A stretch of 64,000 nt of DNA from Nemertoderma westbladi (taxonomy: Eukaryota > Animalia > Xenacoelomorpha), in NCBI GenBank assembly GCA_032718475.1, contig JAUCBJ010004291.1:12129-76128 (forward strand). The letters are read 5' to 3'. How positions within the stretch are numbered: the first letter of the stretch is position 1; the number at the start of each line of letters is the position of its first letter. Under the pieces are notes generated by a model. The model made no database searches and was not told where the DNA came from. It saw only the letters and a list, made by a program, of their open reading frames with translations. A program made the translations under genes and the position numbers. Shown here in pieces: positions 23,101 to 33,638 of this stretch.

Positions 23101-24601
23101 ACTACATGTCCAATTCAGTGATGTGAACGACACTGATCAATCTGAGATGGAAGGATTCTATACGGACGAATTCTCCGACCAAAACGAATCCTGTTACTTA
23201 ATAAACACCACCGCAGTGTATCGAGCACTCATGTATGAGAAAGACACAGACAGCGACCTCACCCTAACTACTTCAGATCAACAACAATCTTGGAAAGCGC
23301 CAACTTCAAATGTAGGAATCCGAGAATTTCCTGTAGTCCAGTTACGGGTCCACAGACCTCAGAAGAGCTATATAGTGAACGCCCTCCTGGACTCCGGTAG
23401 CACAGGAACATTCATCGATAAAGAACTAGCCGAAGTCATCTTTGCTGGACAACCCAAGTTCCGAACCAAGCTAAACATGTCAGGGATCATGCAGGTTTGG
23501 AATTCTACTGTAGCTGCCGACTATTATATAGGTGAGTTGTCCACTCCACAGGATAAACTAGGAGAATACAGTATAAGGTCAGTAAAAATGGTGGCAATAA
23601 AGAACTTCGCTACCACCCAAGTTGAACCTTATAATTGGGACGAAGATGATCATGTCCAACAACTTAACATCCCTAGATTCGACACCGATTATCCTGGAGT
23701 ACAAATATTAATCAGTCAAAACGCGCATGAGGCGCTGGAGACATTAGAGAAACGACCTACTCAACCGCAACCACTTCAGACCTATGCGGTAAGAACTAGA
23801 GTAGGTTGGTACCTTACTGGACCTTCCCGTAGAACGCTCAGGGAAAGACTGCTTCAAGATCGCGTCTGCCAGGTGAGTGAATGGGAAGACGATACTAGTG
23901 AGGGAGACGACCCAACTGAGGGAACACCACACTCCTCAGATAATGACAATCTTAACTCCAATGTAGATCAATGGAGATATTGCCCCAAGACGATGAATAT
24001 AGCCGACATCGCTTCCAGAGGAGCAACTCCTCAAGAACTGACAGATACTCCAGACCGGCTAGGTGAACCCGACTTCCTGAGTAAGGAGGATGAATGGCCT
24101 CCCCATCTTACTCCGACTGAGATTAGACCAGCCAAGGGAGCGGAGAAAGTCAAACCTAAAACCCGGATGGGTGGATCGGAGTTATTTGAACCCGGGATAG
24201 ATGTGTCGGTATTACATATTGCCAGGGACGACGCCGTGGATCTGGACCTCCCCACCGCGAGTGGATCCTTCATGAAGATCAGAGAGAGCGATTGGAGCTC
24301 TCGAACATCAGACGTCTCGCAGGGACTCTCACCTCTCCTGCAGGGAGCGACGGACCGCTATAGCTCCTGGAATCGGCTTTGTAAGGCCGTCGTGTACCTA
24401 GAGCGATGTTTCTATCGTCACTATTCCAGGACGAAGAGGAAACCTGGAATTGTATTCGGGATGCAGCGACTCAATCACCCAGTCGGTCGTTTGTGTTTAC
24501 CGGAAGGGAATGGAGGACTCTCCGGAAACTGTGGAAGGCAAGATTCTCTTCCCACGACCACCTCCCTAATCCTTCAAACATCTAGGGACTCCATAACGTA
24601 A
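20132..24601 (+). CDS. gag: Bel/Pao Gag-protease polyprotein with in-frame relics of the RNase H end and integrase C-terminus; no RT or IN core
   Basis: KFNGDEMKW...EKLRFLIECLEG (DUF1759-like), three Cys/His knuckles (CVLCDGPH..C, CYNCLRRGH..C, CAKCGAKHH..LH), ALLDSGST protease, YAVRTRVGWYLTG, QWRYCP..NIADIASRG, RYSSWNRL, HPVGRLCL. The likely start is the ATG at 20152 (MSDTKQ). Confidence 0.9.
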   Translation: MSDTKQTLSDSLLESARMSVRQGLKKIWDSAKSIERLRPKSKSPPTVSKVIPTVVITEPRLVQHRRSIIGTRAQVKRDQEAAEQQQPASQELISQRSDSSSSSDTVERTPERGAKMADTVYDERPTYEESTDATFSQEESEATAEKPHKRDAIDIYLSDYQRFLGDDELRRRLDGLSPNSEGTQRVLDAIDVEMRAANQAKFDEQLRITREQEEQVRKKRIEDRKIAAVAEAERKATLAEAAAEAKAAAAEAEAKAKAAAAEAEAKAKAAAAEAKAAAAEAKAAAVAEAERRAAEEIAQLELENLQEKQDDFSKQLTASNMQMMNRSTPKRQGYTSSEEGDTTDTEGKGNRSRLSRRKRTLHRQKLPDLPPAVRRQLNNTNLGSTEPTDQIIKIERLPTIVDEPEIIRPVFEITPSVIDTPVLPEATSKFPLHSTKLPVPSRTAQETVQVLDPERNIPNLSPVVPRPPATTLATPASAVEWVDERRRGMDLLLGQMQETVQQFKGTIRESRLELQEVQQSIALERDKLVNTQKGIPPPPVTMCQPVRSEVSHAQGVEPTRIYTASEVETPIVNPIKGNYRSVDNDIPYRPDHNPRNLYTDNSILNNTMAQESFTRQMARTEARQAVKMGEIVKFNGDEMKWLPFNEYYKDNIQNSVLSNGEKLRFLIECLEGSPKLMALRFIGHPDGLRQVWDTLNIRYGNRNNIAGYLYAKLVAPRKFISSGIIEFSDEIQEICRQLDWLGKSHEYQSAMVIRAVASTLPKGGVGTRWDKKVLYMMEQQRRDPTMADLMSFLDGEVKLQLLRQSREKTLENKVSEKPVSRRRVTPVCYTDDGESQTSQGEDSGKDTERSYVNKTPKDQVSKFKSRTNDRREKVRKTPPTSPKRIQVRKPEERTNVHHTAHVKVSNIKPKCVLCDGPHRLNACDKFLKKSLKERREVMWDKRLCYNCLRRGHQRRTCYSDARCAKCGAKHHILLHTEFERNSPSQVSDSELHVQFSDVNDTDQSEMEGFYTDEFSDQNESCYLINTTAVYRALMYEKDTDSDLTLTTSDQQQSWKAPTSNVGIREFPVVQLRVHRPQKSYIVNALLDSGSTGTFIDKELAEVIFAGQPKFRTKLNMSGIMQVWNSTVAADYYIGELSTPQDKLGEYSIRSVKMVAIKNFATTQVEPYNWDEDDHVQQLNIPRFDTDYPGVQILISQNAHEALETLEKRPTQPQPLQTYAVRTRVGWYLTGPSRRTLRERLLQDRVCQVSEWEDDTSEGDDPTEGTPHSSDNDNLNSNVDQWRYCPKTMNIADIASRGATPQELTDTPDRLGEPDFLSKEDEWPPHLTPTEIRPAKGAEKVKPKTRMGGSELFEPGIDVSVLHIARDDAVDLDLPTASGSFMKIRESDWSSRTSDVSQGLSPLLQGATDRYSSWNRLCKAVVYLERCFYRHYSRTKRKPGIVFGMQRLNHPVGRLCLPEGNGGLSGNCGRQDSLPTTTSLILQTSRDSIT

Positions 24602-26249
24602 CAACATATGGAGTGGGTGTGTGACTCTATTATTTTGTATTTGTTTTATTTTTATGTTTATGTATGTATTATTATGTAATTTTATTTTAATCGTTTTATT
24701 TAATTTTATTTAGTAGTATGGTATTTTAGAGATTATTTAGTAGATTAGTGCAATATATATTCGCGTTTATTATTTAATTACGTATATTATATATTTAGTG
24801 CGATGGCGAGAAATAATTCTTTTTCTCTTTCCTTACTGTCCGTATTATATTATAAATACGTAACTACAGTAAGATGAAATGTCCGTACTTATTAAAGTAC
24901 AATAAAGCCACTACTATATTTAAGTATTATTGGTAGGCAGAGTATTAGGAATGCAAAGTTCAGATCCTCGTGTCTCGGCTAAACCAAGCTCTGGGTAGAC
25001 CTTGGAAACGACTTGCCTCTTCACACTGACATTGCTTCGTGCGATATTGCTCTCATACCGTATATTAAATAATACATATAGTAGCGTGATGTCCCTTTAA
25101 CAGTAGCGTATAACGCAAAATAAATCTGTTAAACCCTTTGACCATCTGTAATTCTAGTCGATTAAGATATCGCGGCACCCACCGATATACTTGAAAGACA
25201 AATTCTAGAATCAGTGGTTAACGTCCCCAGACAAGTTATGGAATAAATCGGTGCCCATCTCAAATATTAATTATTTAATATTTGCAAATCTAATAAATCA
25301 AAATCTGTAAAATTCAGATCCTTCAACAATTCTAGTCAATTAAGATATCGTAGCATTTACCGATATTCTTAAAAAGACAATTGTCATAGAATTAAGGATC
25401 TTGTGTCCCCAGACATGTTCTAGAATCAAAATATGTCAATTTAATTATCAAATAATAAAATTTCAGGGAATAAATTTAAATTCATGCCTTTTAATGAATT
25501 TAATAAATTGCCATTTTTACGCAATTTATAACATTCCCAAAATTCCATTAATTAATAGATCAAGGGAGCGGAGATTTATCTTATTATGCGTATGAGTGTG
25601 CGAAAGTCTCCCAAACATAGTCAATAGCCGATAAAATTCATAAAGTCATGTATAAAACAGGACATTGACCATTAAAGAATTACTATTAAATAACATCCCA
25701 GATCTGTATGCATTGGAATTACCCTAATTCTACCGCTAGCTTTGCATAATGTCACCATAGCAACAACCACGCTAGAATTAGAATTGAGTTAAAAGAACAA
25801 TAGAAAGCTTGTCCCATTGAATAGCATAGGGAATAAATAGCGCACTGCTAGTATCCAAGGATACATAATAATACAGTGACATTCTGGAAGGCATTGACTA
25901 ACGGACAAATGGCCCGAGTGTGTGTAATTTGTGACAAGTTGTGTGTGTGGTATTTGTGAGTTTATAGGCGAATGTTACTACTAAGGTGTGTTTACAGTAG
26001 CTAGTCGCAATTGTGAAAGTAACCCTAACTCTCCAGTAAGAACCTGAGGTGTATCTAAGCCTTTGGGACGGACAGTCGAGTGACTTGTGCCGGTTGTCGT
26101 TGTCGTTGTGCGGCTACGTCGTTGGCGAAAGTACAGCGGCGACGACACATCGGCGCTGAGGATCTCGCACTGTCCGGGGGCTGATTGGGGTAGGCAGCGA
26201 CGCTCGCTAGCCTAAATATAAACTCGTTATAATATTAATAAACTCATAT

Positions 26250-27600
26250 ATAGCAGATATGACGGAGTTGATAGAAGATGGTCTTGGTATCAGGGAGCGA
26301 TATACTCTACTTTCAAGCGTTTGTTGATAGCTTGATACGCGGTGATACTAGTCCAACTACTACGAAGGATGATGGTCGTTATATCGAACCTACGATTTCC
26401 TGGAAGTAACTTACGCGTGAATTGGACTATGGAAAATTCACCGCTCGCTACACGCATTGTAATGGTATGTATATGGACTTCTTAACCATTGGCCATTCTA
26501 TCGATTTACACGATACGGACTATGTCGAACATATCCTACCCAGAGGAGTCGAAACGATAAACCAAAATTCTAATGCGAAAATCCTATTCGAAATCGACTC
26601 GAAAGAAAAGACATTAAAGAAACAAATAAACGCGGAAACTCCAACATACATTTGGAATTCTTGATAGAAGCATTGTAACAACAAATAAATATCACCCGCG
26701 TTTCTCCTTCAAGATGTGCGTCTTTGGTATTATTACGATAAATGCCCTAGACCCAGCCAATAAACGGAAAGACATAAACATCCACGGAAACGTTGTGTTA
26801 AACACAGTTGTGTTCGTTATATTTACTGGAGTTTCGAGCGAAACTTGTTTGACGTATCACCTATGCTCACTCGGCTCGAACGATCCTGGAGTAAACCTAC
26901 GATCAGAGTCCCGGAATACTCAGTCAAACCTCCTCATTCCTTAGTTGGACCTCAGACCTGCGATCCTGGTAGTGTCACGGATCCTCGCGGACTGTATTCA
27001 CTGTTCAAAGATCTAGTGCTACCCTAACAATTAATCGGTAACACTCCGACAGTGATTTCTAGCTAGCCGCCCATCTTACCTAGCCGGATTGTGACGCGGA
27101 CACCTAATATCACTATCCAACCGTATGGTCGTCCCCGTTTAACGCGATACAACCCTTCATCAAGGTGAAGGAGAGCGTTGTACGAAACGAGTTAAACGTT
27201 ATTCTATAAAGATCAAAAAAGAAATCTGCGTTTGTTCAGATAAACGTAAGTTATAACAGTAAGTCCAATCGATAAACGAATTAGCCTTATCTCAGTTCGA
27301 TTGGGAAATCTCGAATCTCTAAGAAGATATCAAGCTTAGAAAACCCTATTCTCTGCGAGAGTTTTGGACGAACGTATCCCATGACAAGCGGAGGAAAATC
27401 AGCTCGAGGAGAAGCATATCGAACTGGATGAGACACCGACCGTAAACCCAAACCTTCTAATGCAATTGTATTGCACCCTTTACCCAGGAGTTGTAGCCTT
27501 CCTAGTAAAGTGGCTCGCCCCAAAGAGAAAAGGACTCTGGCTAGCCTCGGGAAACTGCGTAAACGCCGTCCGCGCAAAGAAAACTAACTGTTTAGAGTAT
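26250..27600 (+). pseudogene. Decayed extra ORF of unknown identity at the env position of the Bel/Pao element
   Basis: Chain of short plus-strand ORFs (26422-26664, 26714-27027, 27460-27717) with coding-like composition between the polyprotein and the PPT; no recognised motif. Confidence 0.35.
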
Positions 27601-27656
27601 CTTTATGTTTTAGAAACTGTGATTTTTATATTTTATAGACTGAAAATCCCATTTTC

Positions 27657-27665
27657 TGGGAGCGG
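27657..27665 (+). promoter_or_regulatory. Short polypurine tract
   Basis: gggagcgg directly before the TG of the 3' LTR. Confidence 0.6.
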
Positions 27666-28872
27666 TGTAAAAGCTTTTGCTGAATTGCCCGGTTATTTTT
27701 CCTTATTTTTCCCGTAAAATACTCTGTAGTTGGTTTAATAGGCGTAAGAGGCCGTATTATTGCTGTATCGGTGTTTTTAGAGGATCTAAGAGCTATTTCT
27801 TCCGTATGTGTACTGTGGAAGGCATAGTTGATGATTCTATGGCAATTCCGTGACGCAAAAGGGGATAGCTACTCTTGAACAGTAGTTACTATGACGACGG
27901 TTAACAGCTGATATTCATACGTGTCGATTTTCTTTGTTCTACGGCATCTCTCAGTTCAGTCAACCAATCAGAGCGTTTTTACTGTTCTTGTACAGAAATT
28001 TCCTAGAAATCACGCAATGCTGTATGGGCTGTGTTATCATTCTGTCCTGAGCCAGGAAGAGCGGCTTTGGAATATTTTGTGCTTTTCTGCTTTAGCCTAA
28101 CACTAGTAGGCTTAATTATAAGGACATATATCCGTTATCTCAACTCACACTTAATATCACACTGGTTATCACTGGTTAACTGGCCCATACTGTGCAACTT
28201 AACTTAACATTACTGCTTTGCTGTCGGTTATTCATTATATTTGTTGATGAATTATTATATTTGGAATAACGAGAAATAACCCCGAAACCCAATATTCTTG
28301 ATATACCGAAGGTAAGAGAGAAAGGTTACATATAACGATTGTGACTTATGTTAAAGTGGTTTGAAGTGAATCTAATGTTATTTGATAGACCCTACATGAT
28401 TCGGTCCGTGTTCCTTTTATATGTGACTAAAATCAGTGAAGATCGGCAGATCAGTGTGCAGTATTGTGCAGCATTGTGTATGAGTGAGACTGATAACGAA
28501 GCATTTCCTAAAGAATGCGCCATATATGTGAATTGTAACTAAGCCATATCGTTGCGTGTAGTTTAAGTCATAACTCTGTTTATAGATAGAGCGCCACGTC
28601 CTAAAGGAACTGTTAATATTCCCCGAAAGTGAATAATATTGTCAGAGATTATATAATACTGTCAGTCGAATAATACATTAGGCTTACATAGCAATACGAT
28701 TAAGCCGTCGAACCCAATCTCCCGGGTATATCCAGCGGGTGAATGATCGCGCATCGATTGGTTTCGACTAGTGTAGTGAATCAAATACTTGTCAGAGGCT
28801 AAAAGTGATTTATTATCTAGAAGACATCCTAATTTGGCGGGTTAAACTGCCAAAGGTCTGAAAGCGCGAACA
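27666..28872 (+). repeat. 3' LTR
   Basis: 1207-bp direct repeat of 16613-17819, followed by the TSD atagc. Confidence 0.97.
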
Positions 28873-29717
28873 ATAGCCAAACCCGGATGGAAACACAATA
28901 TGGCTAAATTTGGTATCAATCGATGTAGAATTTCTTGTAGAATAATATTATCATGTACCTCCAGTGCCTCACCTAGATTAATTTTTTAAATCACTATGAA
29001 CACAGGTTGGTCATCGCTCGATGATAAGTGGAATTGAGTTTTAAGCACTTTTTAAATGTAATTACGTCAGCTAGTTCACGGGGTTGTTTTAAAGGTACGA
29101 ACTAAAATACTGAACCAGCTGAAACCACCTGAAACCAGCAGTAAACCACCTTGAAACCAGCTGTGAAAACCAATCATATTCGTTTATAAGGGAACTTAAG
29201 CTCTCGGCTGGTAACCAGGGGTGTACCTTAGATCCTAGACACGAACTTAGATCCTGGGCTCTATCTAGTTGTGAGACTTGGGATCTTAGACACAGTCTTA
29301 GTTCCTTGGTGTGATATTACTGATCGACCTTAGATCCTAGATGCGAACTTAGATCCTGGGTGTGGCCTTAGATCCTAAATGCAAATTTAGATCCTAAATG
29401 CGAATTTAGATCCTGGGTGCGATCTACTGGTGCGACCTTGATTGTTGGGTAAAATTTTCGCATTTTTGGTTTTCTATTTCATCTGATGTAGAATTTAATT
29501 GGGAGTTCAAATCTTGGAACGGTTTGGTGAGATCTTTTTTAGTTCTCGAGTTATCGGTGTCTTTCCATAAAAGTATCAGTTTATAGTGTATCAGTTTGTC
29601 CATAAAAATTTAGAAGACAGACAGACAGACAGACATATTAGATACAACCAAACATTAAAGAACATACAGCTGTACAGACAGATACTATTCCTGTATTCCA
29701 GAGATGCTAGACAGTAC

Positions 29718-29773
29718 GGGTAAATCTTTTCGACCTAAGCATAGGCCTACGCGTAGGTCGAAAAGATTTACCC
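29718..29773. mobile_element. 56-bp minimal MITE
   Basis: TIRs gggtaaatcttttcgaccta / taggtcgaaaagatttaccc; perfect 8-bp TSD gacagtac (29710-29717, 29774-29781). Confidence 0.85.
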
Positions 29774-29977
29774 GACAGTACAGATGCTAAGACTGGTTAA
29801 TGTCACTACTGCTGTACTGTAGGCCTACCGTAATTGTTGTACTGTTGTAATGTAGCCAAACTGCTGCAATGCCAATAATTGCAGTATCAAGTCCGCAAGC
29901 TTCACGTACAGAGTAGGCCCCCTACGTTAATCCCCACTTTGCCTTAACCGGCTCTGGTCTGATACCCGGAAAAATTC

Positions 29978-31325
29978 GGTATACAGACGTTTCGGCCTAG
30001 GACGTTTCGGTCCAGGACGCTTCGGCCCGGACATTTCGGCCCGGACAATTCGGCCCGGACGTTTCGGCCCATGACTGTAACTGAATGAAAAGGCTAACTT
30101 TTTGATATGATAATAATTATTCATTAAAATTATAATTATTTCACAATAACATACAAACACTTAATAAAATATCTTTCATGAAATGGCTATTTAATTTACC
30201 TTTATTTCAAAATAAAATAAACATTAGGGAAGTGGTGCTCTGGTTCCATAGACAATTCGCCATCAATTATGTCATGCGGCCGAAAAAATGCAAGTCAGAA
30301 CAAATCTATTGGTCTCGAGTACCACATTACTAATCCTAATATACAGTACTACCAAAGTGAATCAATTTCACGAACGATGTAGGGCTTAAATCTCGTCTGA
30401 TCGATATATTTTGGAGATACTTAATTAACTTTAAACATTAGGCCTACTCAATTGATAATTCTTGTAGCTGGACAGTGTATTACTGGACAGAGTAGTATTA
30501 TTATTGAAACAATAACTCTCATCTTCGATGATAGATGATTTCGATTTATACCCATAGATAACGACGTATAATGCTTTTATTAATACGTATTTTATTTCAC
30601 TTCACATCCACTCTGGTCCTTTTAATGTGCATAAATTTCATCTAAATTTAAATTTAATACGCATATATTTCATCTAAATTTAAATTTAATACGCATATAT
30701 TTCATCTAAATTTAAATTTAATACGCATATATTTCATCTAAATTTAAATTTAATACGCATATATTTTATCTCATTCCATATGACATCCAGTCTGTCTCAT
30801 AATTATTAGCAATGCTCCTTTAATGGAATATTTCTAATCTATTATATTTTTAAGACCAACATTAAAATACAGTAATAATTTTAATTCGGTGTATTTTAAT
30901 GTACTTTATTTATTAACTCACATTTTAAAATACGTATGTTTTTTTATGGGGGAAACCCCATCATCATAATACTAAAGTTAATTTGTCAGCATATGTTATC
31001 TTTGTTTTAAGTTACAGTATGGTGTAAATTTATATTAATAAATAATAATAATAATACATTAGTTATTATTATAAATATAATGTAGAACTTCGATCTTGAC
31101 GACTTTCAAACAGGTGTCGGAGCAGTTCCTACTGACAACTCCTCTTGTAACGAACGTAACAACTACAAAACAAATATATTGAATAACATATTTATTATTA
31201 ATAGCTTATTTAAGGGAGTAAAGTGAATCTTTGGGCCAAAACGTCCGACAAGCAAATCTTGTATTTCATTCATTGGGCCGAAACGTCCTAGGCCAAAACG
31301 TCTTAGACCGAAACGTCTGTTACCC
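29978..31325. mobile_element. Non-coding MULE-type MITE nested in the larger element
   Basis: Terminal inverted arrays of ggacgtttcggcc; perfect 9-bp TSD gaaaaattc (29969-29977, 31326-31334). Confidence 0.88.
30635..30770. repeat. 32-bp tandem repeat, 4 copies
   Basis: atttcatctaaatttaaatttaatacgcatat. Confidence 0.9.
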
Positions 31326-31489
31326 GAAAAATTCGTGACCCAGTTAATCAATAGGCCTAACTGAGATAGTGAGTACCAGTAGTATATATCTGTATATACC
31401 AGTATACTGGTACTGCAGTACTAATATAAGGTTCTATTAGGCCTACCATTGCAGTTCATTTTTCAGCTGTAGTTCCCGATTAAAACTGT

Positions 31490-32830
31490 AAAAAATGGGC
31501 GATATGGCAGAGACAATTATTAACATGATATTGTGTAATCCGGAAGATATTGTTTTAAAAATCAAACCAACAGCAATGCGAGAGGATTTTAGTGGTCTAC
31601 TGGATGAGTGACGATGACAATGGTGCCTATATTCAGAAGGGAAGGGCGAAGAAACTTTATTATGTACGTACAGCAAGAAGAATCTTATGGCAATATTGAG
31701 AAATTAGTAACATGTCGTAAAGGCAATAATAATACGTTCTATTACTCAAAACGGGAATTTGGGAAATTGGGATCTTCTCCACAATATGATAAAATCTTTG
31801 TGGATATTTCCAATGTTTACAAACTGTCGAGAGAGTATCGCCGTTCAGTTTCAAATATACAGTTACAACATGTGATTTCGCAGTTGCGTTTGTTGTCAAA
31901 GACTGAGTGGCAACCATATTATGTTACTACATACACCTGGCTCATAGGGGATAATGAAGTTGAGAATGAAAATGCAGACGGTCCCGATGAAAACCAAGAG
32001 GAATCCGTGAGATTTAAGTTTGCTCGGCATGGAAATGCCACTCGTCCAACTGCCCTGATTTATTATCGCATTGATGATGACATTATTAATATAGAAAAAT
32101 CATTATTAGAATCTGGTAAATCGTGTGAAAGTGTTTATCAAGAGGTTAGTAATATAGATCATTCGAGTGTTTCTCATTGTTGGTGATAGTGTGTTGGTAA
32201 TAGTATGAGTTTAGAGCCTCGCAATCCAAAACAAATTCAGAATTTATCATACTCTGTCGAAAAAATCCAAAGATGGGCCTACCAGTACTGGTGAGTTGTC
32301 CGAAGTTGATGTTCTGGTTAACAGCATGAATTCATCTAAGTTTATTAGGCGCATTATTATTGAAGAAGGGCATTATATGACTATTAATTACACTGATCAT
32401 TCAATTAATGATTTAGTCCGATTCTGTGTTGATGGTGATTCAATTCTACAAGTGGATACTACATTTGATTTATGTGAGGGTATGTATCTCACAGACACGT
32501 GCTATACTAATTATTCTCTGATTAATTATCATGAAAAGCATCCCCAATTTCCTGGTCCTTCTATGTGGCATTTCAGGAAGCACAGAGAGGTTTATAGATT
32601 TTTGCTGCACAACTTGTTGCCATTGAACCACAATTGGTTAAAGTCCAACATGTAGGACATGATTTAGATTTAGCAGAAGTCCATGGAATGTGTGATGTGT
32701 TTATTAATTGCACTAACAATTGGTGCACTCGTCATATTTTCTAAGTGGCTTGATAAACACAGAAAGGCATTAATTAATGAATCTGGTGTTATAAGTGCTC
32801 GGAAGTCCCTTGATTGTATAATTTTCGATT
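31490..32830 (+). pseudogene. Disrupted MULE transposase
   Basis: ORF pieces 31608-32186 (..RHGNA..) and 32296-32655 (RFCVDGDSILQVDTTFDL..YLT..Y.N..L...HP.FPGP..WH) resemble metazoan MuDR transposases; frameshifts and truncation present. Confidence 0.7.
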
Positions 32831-33466
32831 TAGATTATACTGAATTTAAAAATTGTAGCTGTATATTATCTGTATATTTTTTAGTTTTAGTTTTATATTT
32901 AGTAGTTGAAATAAATAGTTATTGGTTATTAATAACTCTTATTCCTTAATTCATTTAATTCATCTAAGTTCACATCTAGGATCTAATTTTGTGTTTAGGA
33001 TCTAAGGTCGCACGCAGGATCTAAGTTCGTATCTATGGTCTCAGGATCTAAGTTCGCATGATCTAATTTTGCTTGTAGGATCTAAGGTAACACCCCTGGT
33101 TCCCAGCCGAGATCTAAGTTCCCCTAGAAACTAATATTATTGGTTTTCACAGCTGGTTTCAGGTGGTTTACTGCTGGTTTCAGCTGGTTTCAGCTGGTTC
33201 AATATTTTAGTTCGTACCTGTTTTAACATATATTTTTACATTAACAAATAAGTTGTGTATCAGTTGTGTTCATCATGTGTTCATCATATAAGCCTTTTGC
33301 CATACGGTACTACACTGCATTAAAGTTTTCTGACACAAATTAAACCATTACATTTTTGAAAATACCACCACATATTGTTTTGCATAATTGGACCAATTAA
33401 AATTCAAAATACTAACTTGTGCGTGTGCACACAACTTTGGTTGTAAACAACAAAAGGTTGTAAACA

Positions 33467-33567
33467 CAAGATACTAAGTTGTGCTCATAAGATACTAAGT
33501 TGCGCTTACAAGATACTAAGTTGTGCTCAGAAGATACTAAGTTGTGCTCAGAAGATACTAAGTTGCT
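33467..33567. repeat. 21-bp tandem repeat (aagatactaagttgtgctca-type), ~5 copies
   Basis: Visible units; source of the NLVSSEH ORF. Confidence 0.85.
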
Positions 33568-33638
33568 ATAATACTGTGTTACGTTTAGAGCAAAGCATAC
33601 TGTGTTATGTTTAATCATTTAATATAATTCATGAAAAC

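Larger units (their letters stand above)
16613..28872 (+). mobile_element. Complete non-autonomous Bel/Pao LTR retrotransposon (12,260 bp)
   Basis: Two 1207-bp TG...CA LTRs, 5-bp TSD ATAGC (16608-16612 and 28873-28877), Bel/Pao-type Gag-PR ORF. Confidence 0.95.
29094..33218 (+). mobile_element. Mutator-like (MULE) DNA transposon with long repetitive TIRs
   Basis: TIR ggtacgaactaaaata.tgaaccagctgaaacca... is mirrored at the right end, with inverted arrays of cttagatcct. Flanks tgttttaaa / tgttttaac form a 9-bp TSD with 1 mismatch. Confidence 0.85.
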
